A stretch of 64,000 nucleotides of DNA from assembly GCA_964509455.1 (NCBI GenBank), contig CAZDXS010000075.1, forward strand, positions 7,131 through 71,130. Direction: 5' to 3'. The position numbers were made by a program, and so were the translations under genes. Below, piece by piece: positions 1 to 8,155 of this stretch. The notes under the pieces were generated by a model. The model saw only the letters and a list, made by a program, of their open reading frames with translations. It made no database searches and was not told the origin of the DNA. Origin of the DNA: an uncultured Enterobacteriaceae bacterium (lineage in GTDB: Bacteria > Pseudomonadota > Gammaproteobacteria > Eutrophobiales > Eutrophobiaceae). How positions within the stretch are numbered: the first letter of the stretch is position 1; each line of letters starts with the position of its first letter.

Positions 1-1475
1 ATCACCTGTTCGCGGTGGGCGATGACGACCAGTCCATTTACGGCTTTCGCGGCGCGCGCATGGAGAACATACAGCGCTTCGAAAAGGACTTCCCAGACGC
101 GTCGCTGTTCCGGCTGGAACAGAACTATCGCTCCACGACCAACATCCTGAACGCCGCCAACGCCCTGATTGCCAACAACGCAACGCGCCTGGGCAAGAAC
201 CTGTGGAGCGACGGCGCCGAGGGCGACAAGCTGGAGTTGTACGAGGCCGCCAATGAATACGAGGAGGCCCATTTCGTGGCGGAGCGCATCCGGACGGCGC
301 GGCGCAACGGCGCCGACTACCGCGACAACGCCATCCTCTACCGGGTCGGCGCCGCGTCGCGGGTATTCGAGAACGTGTTGCGCCAGGAAGGAATGCCTTA
401 TCGCGTCTTCGGCGGCCTGCGCTTCTACGACCGCATGGAAATCAAGGACGCGCTGGCGTACCTGCGGCTCGCCGTCTTTCAGTATGACGACGCCGCTTTT
501 GAGCGCATTGTCAACACGCCCGCCCGGGACATCGGACAACGCACGTTGGAGGAGGTTCGCAACCGGGCGCGAGCGGACAACACGTCGTTGTGGCAGGGCG
601 CGGTCAGCCTGGCGGGCGGCGCCGACGGCGACCTGAAACCCCGCGCCCGGGCCGCACTGGGAAAGTTCATCGAGCTCGTGGAGCGCATGGCGCAGGACAT
701 ACAGGATAAATCCTTGGACGAGGCGGTGAGACTGGTAATTAAAAGCAGCGGCCTGGAGAAGCATTACCAAAAGGAAAAAAACGAAAAAGAACTGGACCGC
801 ATTGAGAACCTGAGAGAACTGGAGAACGCCGCCGAGGAGTTTGAAGTGAACGAGGACGTGCACGGCGAGCTGGAGCCCCTGCAGGCGTTCCTGTCTCAGG
901 CCGCCTTGGAGGCCGGCGAGGCCCAGGCCGGCGACCAGGACGATGCAGTCAGCCTGATGACCCTGCACACTTCCAAGGGGCTGGAGTTCCCGCAGGTGTT
1001 CCTGGTGAGCATGGAAGACGGCATGTTTCCGCACCAGCGCAGCCTGGACGAGCCGGCGCAATTAGAAGAGGAGCGGCGGCTGTGCTACGTGGGCATTACC
1101 CGGGCGCAAAAGCAGTTGACCCTGAGTTGCGCCCGCCGCCGGCGCCTGCACGGCAGGGACGTTTACCCGCTGCCCTCCCGCTTCCTGCGCGAGTTGCCGC
1201 AGGACTTGCTCAGCGTGGGATATGCGGCCGTTGCCGCCCTGCCCGTCAGCGCCGCCTCCCTTGGCGATGCCGCGGCAAACGGCAACGGCGCCCTAGCCGG
1301 CGGCGACAAGGACATTCCCTTCGGGCTGGGGCAGCGCGTGCGGCATGCCCGGTTTGGCGAGGGCACCGTGTTGAACATGGAGGGCCGGGGCGAGCACGCT
1401 CGCATCCAGGTCAACTTCAAGGACGCCGGCGCCAAATGGCTGGTGCTGGCGTACGCAAAACTGCAAGCCGCTTAG
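1..1475 (+). CDS. uvrD: DNA helicase II UvrD, C-terminal portion (5' end outside the window)
   Basis: The reading frame is open from base 1. The translation contains UvrD/Rep/PcrA helicase motifs (VGDDDQSIYGFRGA, LEQNYRSTTNILNAAN, TLHTSKGLEFPQVFLV, LCYVGITRA). The stop codon is at 1473-1475. Confidence 0.9.
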   Translation, partial: HLFAVGDDDQSIYGFRGARMENIQRFEKDFPDASLFRLEQNYRSTTNILNAANALIANNATRLGKNLWSDGAEGDKLELYEAANEYEEAHFVAERIRTARRNGADYRDNAILYRVGAASRVFENVLRQEGMPYRVFGGLRFYDRMEIKDALAYLRLAVFQYDDAAFERIVNTPARDIGQRTLEEVRNRARADNTSLWQGAVSLAGGADGDLKPRARAALGKFIELVERMAQDIQDKSLDEAVRLVIKSSGLEKHYQKEKNEKELDRIENLRELENAAEEFEVNEDVHGELEPLQAFLSQAALEAGEAQAGDQDDAVSLMTLHTSKGLEFPQVFLVSMEDGMFPHQRSLDEPAQLEEERRLCYVGITRAQKQLTLSCARRRRLHGRDVYPLPSRFLRELPQDLLSVGYAAVAALPVSAASLGDAAANGNGALAGGDKDIPFGLGQRVRHARFGEGTVLNMEGRGEHARIQVNFKDAGAKWLVLAYAKLQAA

Positions 1476-1557
1476 GGACACGGCGAGGGACACGGCGAAT
1501 GAAAGCGGCGCAGGGTCGGGGAATGACGAGGGGCTTGCCCTTTCTGGGAGGCGGTTC

Positions 1558-2853
1558 ATGAGCGCCGGCGCAACCGCGGCGGTGCCCCACTTGACCACGG
1601 CCTTGACCGGGCCGCTGAACCTCGTGGAGAGCGCCATCCTGGCCCGGCAACCCGCCATCGAGTCCTGGTTCCGTTCGCAGTGGCGGCGCACGCCGGCGCC
1701 GTTCTACGCCTCCGTTGACCTGCGCAACGCCGGCTTCAAGATAGCGCCCATAGACACCAACCTGTTCCCGGGCGGGTTCAACAATCTCAACCCGGCGTTC
1801 GAACCCCTGTGCGTGCAGGCCGTCCAGTCCGCCATAGAGCGCCTGCCGGCGCCGGTGGACCGCATCGCCATCATCCCCGAAAACCACACGCGCAACCGGC
1901 ATTACCTGCAAAATGTGGCGGCCTTGCAACGCATACTGGAAAAAGCCGGCTTTGAAGTGCGGGTAGGCTCCCTGCTGAAAGACCTGGACGCGCCCCTGGC
2001 GCTGGACCTGGACGACGGCCATTCCCTGCAACTGGCGCCGGTGCGCCGGCAGGGCGCCGCCCTGTTCGTCGACGACTTCCGCCCGGACCTGGTGTTGCTG
2101 AACAACGACCTGTCCGCCGGCGCCCCGGAGGTGTTGCGGGACGTAGAGCAACCGGTCCTGCCCGCCCTGGGTCTGGGCTGGTCGGAGCGCCTGAAGTCCG
2201 TGCATTTTGGTTTTTACCGGGACATCGCCCAGGAGTTTGCCCAGGTGCTGGACATTGACCCCTGGCTGATTGACCCCATGTTTCGCAACTGCGGGGAAGT
2301 GGATTTTATGAAGCGGGAAGGCGAGTCCTGCCTGACCCTGAACGTGGGAGCATTGTTAGCCGAGATTCGTAAAAAATACGATGAATACGGCATCAGCGAG
2401 GAGCCGTTCGTCATGATCAAGGCGGATTCGGGCACCTACGGCATGGGCATCATGTCCGTGCACAGCGTGGAGGAGGTGAGCGAGTTGAACCGCCGCCAGA
2501 GAACGAAAATGGCCACCATCAAAGAGGGGCAGAAAGTAACCAAGGCCATCATACAGGAGGGGGTTCACACCAATGAAACCTGGGGGGCGCCGGAGATGGT
2601 GGCGGAGCCGGTGGTGTATCTGGTTGACCAAAACGTGGTGGGCGGTTTTTACCGGGTGCACCCGCAACGGACCACCCGGGAGAACCTGAACTCCCCCGGC
2701 ATGTACTTCGAGCGCCTGGCTTTCGAGGAGTGTTGCAACTCGCCCGACAAGGAGCAGTCGCCGGACGCCCACACGAATCGCTTTTACAGCTACGGCGTCA
2801 TCGCCCGCCTGGCGTTGTTGGCCGCGGCGCGGGAGGCGCACAGCCTGGGCTGA
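1558..2853 (+). CDS. gshA: Glutamate--cysteine ligase, small proteobacterial (Acidithiobacillus-type) GshA family; tentative
   Basis: The 431-aa ORF has a good RBS (GGGAGG 6 nt upstream of the ATG). Motifs FYASVDLRNAGFKIAPIDTNLFPGGFNNL are remembered from the rare GshA family of about 430 aa. The family assignment is from memory and was not checked by search. Confidence 0.6.
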   Translation: MSAGATAAVPHLTTALTGPLNLVESAILARQPAIESWFRSQWRRTPAPFYASVDLRNAGFKIAPIDTNLFPGGFNNLNPAFEPLCVQAVQSAIERLPAPVDRIAIIPENHTRNRHYLQNVAALQRILEKAGFEVRVGSLLKDLDAPLALDLDDGHSLQLAPVRRQGAALFVDDFRPDLVLLNNDLSAGAPEVLRDVEQPVLPALGLGWSERLKSVHFGFYRDIAQEFAQVLDIDPWLIDPMFRNCGEVDFMKREGESCLTLNVGALLAEIRKKYDEYGISEEPFVMIKADSGTYGMGIMSVHSVEEVSELNRRQRTKMATIKEGQKVTKAIIQEGVHTNETWGAPEMVAEPVVYLVDQNVVGGFYRVHPQRTTRENLNSPGMYFERLAFEECCNSPDKEQSPDAHTNRFYSYGVIARLALLAAAREAHSLG

Positions 2854-3720
2854 GGCGGAGCGGCCGGGCGCGGCGGCGTTCACTCCGGGCGCAGTGGCGC
2901 TCACTCGGGCGAGGCTGGGCGTGCGGCGTTCACTCCAGCCGCGGCGAGTCGCACCACGGCCCGCCCGCCACACAACGCAGGAAAGCCTGCTCCAAGTCGG
3001 GGGCGTGGAAGCGGCGGCGACAGTCCGCCGGCGCACTCCCCGAACCGCCACAGCTACGGCGTCATCGCCCGCCTGGCGTTACCGGCCGCGGCGCGGGAGG
3101 CGCACAACTTGGACTGAGGCGGAGCGGCGGCGCTCCTGCCGGGCGCGGCGGCGTTCACTCCAGCCGCGGCGAGTCGCGCCACGGCCCGCCCGCAACGCAA
3201 CGCAGGAAAGCCTGCTCCAAGTCGGGGGCGTGGAAGCGGCGGCGACAGTCCGCCAGCGTCCCCAGGCAACGGATTTTTCCCTGGTGCAACAGCGCCGCCC
3301 GGCGTTCATGCCGGACGCGGCGCGGGTTGCACACAGACTGAACCGAGAGGCGCGGCGGCGTTCACTCCAGCCGCGGCGGTTCGCGCCGTGGCCCGCCCCC
3401 AACGCAACGCAGGAAAGCCTGCTCCAAGTCGGGGGCGTTGAAACGGCGGCGACATTCCGCCGGCGTCCCCAGGCAACGGATTTCCCCCTGGCGCAACAGC
3501 GCTCACGGCAGGACGCGGCAGCGCACTCCTGCCGGGCGTAGCGGGGCGCGGCGGCGTTCAGGCCGGGCGGTAGCGCCGCCCGGCGTTCATGCCGAGCGCA
3601 GCGGTTCGCGCCGTTACCCGCCCGCCACGCAACGCAGGAAAGCCTGCTCCAAGCCGGGGGCGTTGAAGCGGCGGCGACAATCCGCCGGCGTCCCCAGGCA
3701 ACGGATTTTCCCCTGGTGCA
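2790..3720. repeat. Diverged tandem duplication of a convergent gene junction: 2 copies of the gshA 3' end and 4 copies of the ABC-ATPase 3' end (unit about 215-222 bp)
   Basis: The string acgcaggaaagcctgctccaag recurs at about 2976, 3195, 3409 and 3632. The gshA C-terminus YSYGVIARLALLAAAREAHSLG* is repeated as HSYGVIARLALPAAAREAHNLD* at about 3048-3117. On the minus strand each unit re-encodes QGKIRCLGT.ADCRRRF.AP.LEQAFLRCVAGG of the ABC ATPase. Confidence 0.85.
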
Positions 3721-4336
3721 AAAACGCCGCCCGGTCGCACAACTGCTCGGCGTCCGCCGCCAGGTGGGTGCTGAACAGGCAGGTATGCCCCTGTCGTTTC
3801 AGACGCAACAGGCAATGGCGCAGGGACAAGCGCGCCGCGGGGTCCAGCCCGCTCAGCGGCTCGTCCAGGACCAGCAACTTCTTGCCGCTCAACAGGCAAG
3901 CGGCCAACCCCAGTTTCTGCGCCGTTCCCTTGGACAAAAGCCCGGCGGGCTTGTCCAGCGCGGCGGCGTCCAAGCGCAGGCTGCGCAACACCGACGCGGC
4001 CGCCGCGGCATCGAAGCCGGCGCCGTGCAACGCCCCCATGTAACCCAGAAAGTCGCGGCCGCTGAGACAGCCGGGCGGCGCAAACTTCTCCGGCAAGTAC
4101 GCAACCTGCGCCCGGGCGGCGGGCGCGCCGTGGTCCCGCCCGAAGAGGGCAATGTCGCCGGAGGTTACGGCGTCCAGGTCCAGCAGGCACTTCAGCAGGG
4201 TGGTCTTGCCGGCGCCGTTCTCCCCCAACAACCCCAGGAACTCGCCGGCGAACACGTCCAGGTCAAGTCCCGCCAGCACCGCCCGGCCGCCGCGGCACCG
4301 GGTTACCTGCCGCAGGCGGACGGCCGGCGGCGGCAC
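3614..4336 (-). CDS. ABC transporter ATP-binding protein (ABC-2/PilH-like)
   Basis: Walker A GENGAGKTTLLK, ABC signature LSKGTAQKL and Walker B LLVLDEP are present. The start is uncertain. The ORF track extends to 4495, but that overlaps the upstream pilin gene. A GTG at 4336 lies 8 nt after the pilin stop, and an ATG at 4411 is the alternative. Confidence 0.7.
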   Translation of the reverse strand: MPPPAVRLRQVTRCRGGRAVLAGLDLDVFAGEFLGLLGENGAGKTTLLKCLLDLDAVTSGDIALFGRDHGAPAARAQVAYLPEKFAPPGCLSGRDFLGYMGALHGAGFDAAAAASVLRSLRLDAAALDKPAGLLSKGTAQKLGLAACLLSGKKLLVLDEPLSGLDPAARLSLRHCLLRLKRQGHTCLFSTHLAADAEQLCDRAAFLHQGKIRCLGTPADCRRRFNAPGLEQAFLRCVAGG

Positions 4337-4343
4337 GGCGGCG

Positions 4344-5141
4344 TCAGTACAGGAACAGGGCGTTGCAGCGCGTGTTGTCACTGTCGACGTTCCAGGAAGA
4401 ACCCGCCGCATCGGCGTTGTTGATGCAAGGGGCGCCGCCGGCTGCGGACCACAGGATGACCTCGTTGCCGGGTGCGCCGCCGGCGCCAAAATCATCGCCG
4501 CCCACCGCCCTTTCGCCGGACTTTGCCGCGCTCACGGCGCCGCGCACGATGCCGCGCCCCGGGTCGCCGTCATCCAGCTTCACGTCCAGTTCCCGCAACA
4601 GGGCCGGCGTAGCGCCGGCGCCGAACGCATAGGCAAGGCGCACGACGGAACCGGCGCCGCCGCCGTCATAATCGTCGGTGAGCCCCAGCAACACCGGTTG
4701 CTGAAAAGCGTTGCCCGGCACCTGCCCGGTCAATACCCCCGCCGCGTATTGCGCGGCGCCGGCCGTGTTGCCGGCGTAAGCGCCGTTCAGCAACCGCGCC
4801 TGGGACAGGTGCGCCCAGACCGCGCCGGCCTCCTCCCAGCGGTCGATGCGGCCGTTCTGGTTGCCACCGGTGGTAGGGGCGCCGCCGCAGTCGGGGTCCA
4901 CTTCCGAGCCGATGGCGCGGCACGCCAGCGCCGCCGGCATATCGCCCGGCGCCTGGCGAAAACGATCAATGAAGCTGTAATAGGCGGCTTGCACGCCGGA
5001 GCTCTGCTCTGCCATGTTGCGCACCCGGGCGCCGTTGACCAGCTGTTGCCCTTTCAAGACGCCGCCCAACAACAGGCCCACCAGGACCAGGACGACGGCG
5101 ATTTCCACCAGGGTAAAACCCGGCTGCTTGCGTGTTTTCAT
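4344..5141 (-). CDS. Prepilin-type N-terminal cleavage/methylation domain protein (type IV pilin or minor pilin, 265 aa)
   Basis: The N-terminus MKTRKQPG|FTLVEIAVVLVLVGLLLGG is a class-III signal peptide with Gly-Phe at the cleavage site, Glu+5 and a hydrophobic helix. Confidence 0.8.
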   Translation of the reverse strand: MKTRKQPGFTLVEIAVVLVLVGLLLGGVLKGQQLVNGARVRNMAEQSSGVQAAYYSFIDRFRQAPGDMPAALACRAIGSEVDPDCGGAPTTGGNQNGRIDRWEEAGAVWAHLSQARLLNGAYAGNTAGAAQYAAGVLTGQVPGNAFQQPVLLGLTDDYDGGGAGSVVRLAYAFGAGATPALLRELDVKLDDGDPGRGIVRGAVSAAKSGERAVGGDDFGAGGAPGNEVILWSAAGGAPCINNADAAGSSWNVDSDNTRCNALFLY

Positions 5142-5220
5142 ACATTACTCCTTATACGGGGTTGAGGATTGTTATATGCCGACGACGGGCGGCGCCCGGC
5201 GCCGACGGTGTTGACTCCGG

Positions 5221-5907
5221 TCAGCGCATGCCGGCGGCCGGAACCTGCGCCGGCGCGGCGGCGCCGACGCGACTGCGGTTGCCCATGTCGGGCGGCGCAC
5301 CCGGATGCACCGCGGCATACGGAGGCAAGCGGGTCGCCCAAGGCGGCGCCGCGCCGCGGGCCAGGCGCAACGCGGCGGCGTAGCGCGCCGCCAGTTGCGG
5401 GTCTTGCAGGCGATGCCGGGCGATGTGAACCCCGTGCAACATCCAGGGCCAGCGGCCGGCCGGGTCGTCGAGAAAGCGCTGGTGAATGAACCTCAGCATC
5501 TGCCGGGTGCGAGCGCGGTCCGGCACGGCCGCGTACAGGCGGGCGGCGGACAACAGCGGGTACTGGAATCCTTCGTCCAGCGCCAGCACGGCGCTCAGCC
5601 AGTCCGCGACCCGGTCATAATCCAGCCGGGCGAACGGAATGTTAAGCCCCCGCTGATTGTCAAAGGACTGCAACCACAGCATCAAGGTCCGTGCCAGGGC
5701 GGCCGACTCCCCCAGGCTGAGCAGGCGCAACAGCGGCTCGGGCGGTGCCGGCGGCAGAGCCGCCGCCGTTGCCGGCGGCGGCGGCCGTGCGCAACTCCAG
5801 GCAACTTGGGCCAGCAAGGCGGCGACCAACAACGCCCGCACCAGGGGCGGAACTCGCGCCAAGGGTCTTTCTTCACGAGCGCCGAGTGCTGTTTTCAGGG
5901 ACAACAT
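5221..5907 (-). CDS. Hypothetical secreted/membrane protein
   Basis: The ORF sits between the permease and pilin genes. The N-terminus has a hydrophobic stretch (LVRALLVAALLAQVAWSCA). The start was taken at the first Met after the upstream stop. No recognisable family. Confidence 0.4.
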   Translation of the reverse strand: MLSLKTALGAREERPLARVPPLVRALLVAALLAQVAWSCARPPPPATAAALPPAPPEPLLRLLSLGESAALARTLMLWLQSFDNQRGLNIPFARLDYDRVADWLSAVLALDEGFQYPLLSAARLYAAVPDRARTRQMLRFIHQRFLDDPAGRWPWMLHGVHIARHRLQDPQLAARYAAALRLARGAAPPWATRLPPYAAVHPGAPPDMGNRSRVGAAAPAQVPAAGMR

Positions 5908-5917
5908 CACGGGTGCG

Positions 5918-6673
5918 CTATACGTTTTTCCGGTACAGGTCAAACATGCCCACCGCCGCCAGGACCGCCAGGTAGAGCGCGGTCTGGACCAACACCGTCC
6001 CCAGGGCGGCGGCCGGGACGCCGTGCGCCAGCCAGCCGCTGCGGGTGAACGCCGCCAGGTCCGGCAACAGCAACGCCAGCGCGGTTACCGCCAGGCGGAT
6101 GAAATCCAGGAACGGTGCGCCGGATTCCAGCAACGGGCTGACGCTCAACAGCCGCAGCGTCTCCAGGCTGCGCGCCAGCAGGTAGAACATCATGGCGGCG
6201 GCGAACGCCGGCGTCGCATCACGGAACGTGAACAGGCACGCCAGGCTGAGGGCGACGACCAGCAACAGCTCGCACGCCAGGGACAGGGCCCAGCAGGCAA
6301 CGGCGAACGGCGGCGCGTACAGGAACAACGGCAGACTGAACGCCGCCGCCAGGGCCAGGGCCAGGAACCCGTGGCCGCACAGCTTGCCCAGCAAGTAGTG
6401 ATGCCGGGGCATGGGCATGGCTAGGAGGAGCTCTAGGCTCTTGTCGTGCAACTCCCTCAAGCCGCTGGTAATCACAAACAGGCAGACGCCGACTACTGCG
6501 AACAGGCGCAACAGGGCGGCGGCGATGGGCGCTTGCACCTGCTCGGACTCGGCAAGGCTCAGGGCGCCGCTGAACTCCGCCAGGCCGCACAGCCCGGCGC
6601 CAACCGCCGCCGCCGGCAACCACAGGCGCCGGCGCCAGGCCTCGATCACGGTGAAACGTGCGATGGCGAACAT
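5918..6673 (-). CDS. ABC-2 family transporter permease (NosY/PilI-like)
   Basis: It has 6 predicted TM helices. The N-terminus MFAIARFTVIEAWRRRLW and the motif SGLRELHDKSLELLLAMPMPRHHYLLGK are typical of ABC-2 permeases. Confidence 0.65.
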   Translation of the reverse strand: MFAIARFTVIEAWRRRLWLPAAAVGAGLCGLAEFSGALSLAESEQVQAPIAAALLRLFAVVGVCLFVITSGLRELHDKSLELLLAMPMPRHHYLLGKLCGHGFLALALAAAFSLPLFLYAPPFAVACWALSLACELLLVVALSLACLFTFRDATPAFAAAMMFYLLARSLETLRLLSVSPLLESGAPFLDFIRLAVTALALLLPDLAAFTRSGWLAHGVPAAALGTVLVQTALYLAVLAAVGMFDLYRKNV

Positions 6674-7700
6674 GGATCAGGGCAAGCGGCCGGCGGTGAC
6701 CATTCCGTAATACAAGCGCGGGCGCGACAGCCATACCACGATGTCGTCAAACGGCGCCGCCGCGAGATTGTTAGGCGCACCGCCCTGGTACAGGGGCTCG
6801 CCGTCGGGGCAGGCCGTGCCGCCCGGGTTGTAGCCGGTGGCGTTGCCGCAGGGAGCGCCTTCAAAGTCGGCGTTGGCGCCGTCCGGCCGCAGGTTGGCGC
6901 CGGTGGAGTAAATGACGGCCGCGGGCGACTCCGTGGGCGCGGTCAACAACCCGCCCCGCTCATTTTGCGCCGGCAGCCACAGGCGCCGGCGCCAAGCCTC
7001 GATCACGGTGAAACGTGCGATGGCGAACATGGATCAGGGCAGGCGGCCGGCGGCGACCATTCCGTAATACAAGCGCGGGCGCGACAGCCATACCACGAGG
7101 TCGTCAAACGGCGCCGCCGCGAGATTGTTAGGCGCACCGCCCTGGTACAGGGGCTCGCCGTCGAGACAGGCCGTGCCGCCGCCCGGGTTGTAGCCGGCGG
7201 CGTTGGCGCCGTCCGGGCGCAGGTTGGCGCCGGTGGAGTAAATGACGGCCGCGGGCGGCTCCGTGGGCGCGGTCAGCAGCCCGCCCCGCTCATCTTGCAC
7301 CGGCAGCCACAGGCGCCGGCGCCAGGCCTCGATCACGGTGAAACGGGCGATGGCGAACATGGCTCAGGGCAACCGTCCGGCGGTGACCATTCCGTAGTAC
7401 AGGCGCGGGCGCGACAGCCATACTACGATGTCGTCAAACGGCGCCGCCGCGAGATTGCTGGGCATACCGCCCTGGTACAGGGGCTCGCCGTCGGGACATG
7501 CCGTGCCGCCGCCCGGGTTGTAGCCCGTGGCGTTGCCGCAGGGAGCGCTTTCAAAATCGGCGTTGGCGCCGTCCGGCCGCAGGTTGGCGCCGGTGGAGTA
7601 AATGACGGCCGCGGGCGGCTCCGTGGGCGCGGTCAACAGCCCGCCCCGTTCATCCCGTACCGTCAGGTTGTCCGTTGCCGCCCGGCTCAGAGTGAACGGA
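6614..7700. repeat. 3 diverged tandem copies (about 330-357 bp) of the pilin 3' end fused to the permease 5' end. They generate two chimeric ORFs (7034-7360 and 6677-7030).
   Basis: ORFs 7034..7360 and 6677..7030 both begin with the permease N-terminus MFAIARFTVIEAWRRRLWLP. Both then continue as variants of the pilin C-terminus (.QDERGGLLTAPTE.PAAVIYSTGANLRPDGANA...GYNPGG.TAC.DGEPLYQGG.P.NLAAAPFDD.VVWLSRPRLYYGMV.AGRLP*). Confidence 0.85.
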
Positions 7701-8155
7701 TTCGCGGCATCGCTGAAGCTGCGGTCCACCCGGTAGCGCCAGTAGCCGTTGAACGGGTCGGCAGCGGCCTGGCGCGGCGTTCCCCACGGGTCCGCCTCGG
7801 GCAACCCCAAGGTGCGCCAGGGCAGGTATCCCTCCGCCGCCGGCGCGGCAGAGCAGGCGGGCGGCGCCATGCCGTAGTCGGCGGCGCCGGGGTCGGCGGC
7901 GGTGGTCGGGCACGGCAGGTAACCGTGGACCATGGCGAACCCCATCAGGGCTTCCCGGGCGCGCTCCAGCTCCTTCATCGCAGCCGCCCGCTGGCGCCCT
8001 TCCAGGAGCAACCCCAGGGGATTGATCATGCCGCCCAGCGCCAGGGAGGCGATGAGCAACACCAGCGTCAACTCCAGCAGGGAAAATCCCGCTTGACGCG
8101 GTCGGCCGGCCGGCGCGGTGCGCCGCTCAGGGAGAAACAACCACCAACTGGTCAT
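7364..8155 (-). CDS. Prepilin-type protein (type IV pilin-like, with a C-terminal disulfide-loop region)
   Basis: It contains ...RPRQAG|FSLLELTLVLLIASLALGG (Gly-Phe cleavage site, Glu+5). The C-terminus has a Cys...Cys loop (SAPCGNATGYNPGGGTACPDG). The start is uncertain. The ORF track extends to 8236, overlapping the upstream gene. Confidence 0.7.
   Translation of the reverse strand: MTSWWLFLPERRTAPAGRPRQAGFSLLELTLVLLIASLALGGMINPLGLLLEGRQRAAAMKELERAREALMGFAMVHGYLPCPTTAADPGAADYGMAPPACSAAPAAEGYLPWRTLGLPEADPWGTPRQAAADPFNGYWRYRVDRSFSDAANPFTLSRAATDNLTVRDERGGLLTAPTEPPAAVIYSTGANLRPDGANADFESAPCGNATGYNPGGGTACPDGEPLYQGGMPSNLAAAPFDDIVVWLSRPRLYYGMVTAGRLP

Noticed and set aside
1475-1558. 12-bp tandem gggacacggcga x2 between uvrD and gshA
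   Set aside because: It is too short and isolated to interpret. It is possibly part of the gshA promoter and is not reported as a feature.
2730-3541. ORFs 2730..3341, 2894..3541, 3438..4043 with internally repeated Arg-rich sequences
   Set aside because: They are read-through of the tandem junction repeat in a non-native frame. Their periodicity simply mirrors the 220-bp DNA repeat.
2790-3720. Possible CRISPR array (regular direct repeats)
   Set aside because: The units are about 220 bp and diverged. They correspond to coding gene ends. There are no short conserved repeats with unique spacers and no cas genes.
3614-4495. Full 293-aa ABC ATPase ORF as given by the ORF track
   Set aside because: Its first 50-60 codons overlap the upstream pilin gene and lie before the conserved ABC N-terminus (VRLRQVTRCRGGRAV...). 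A downstream GTG start was preferred.
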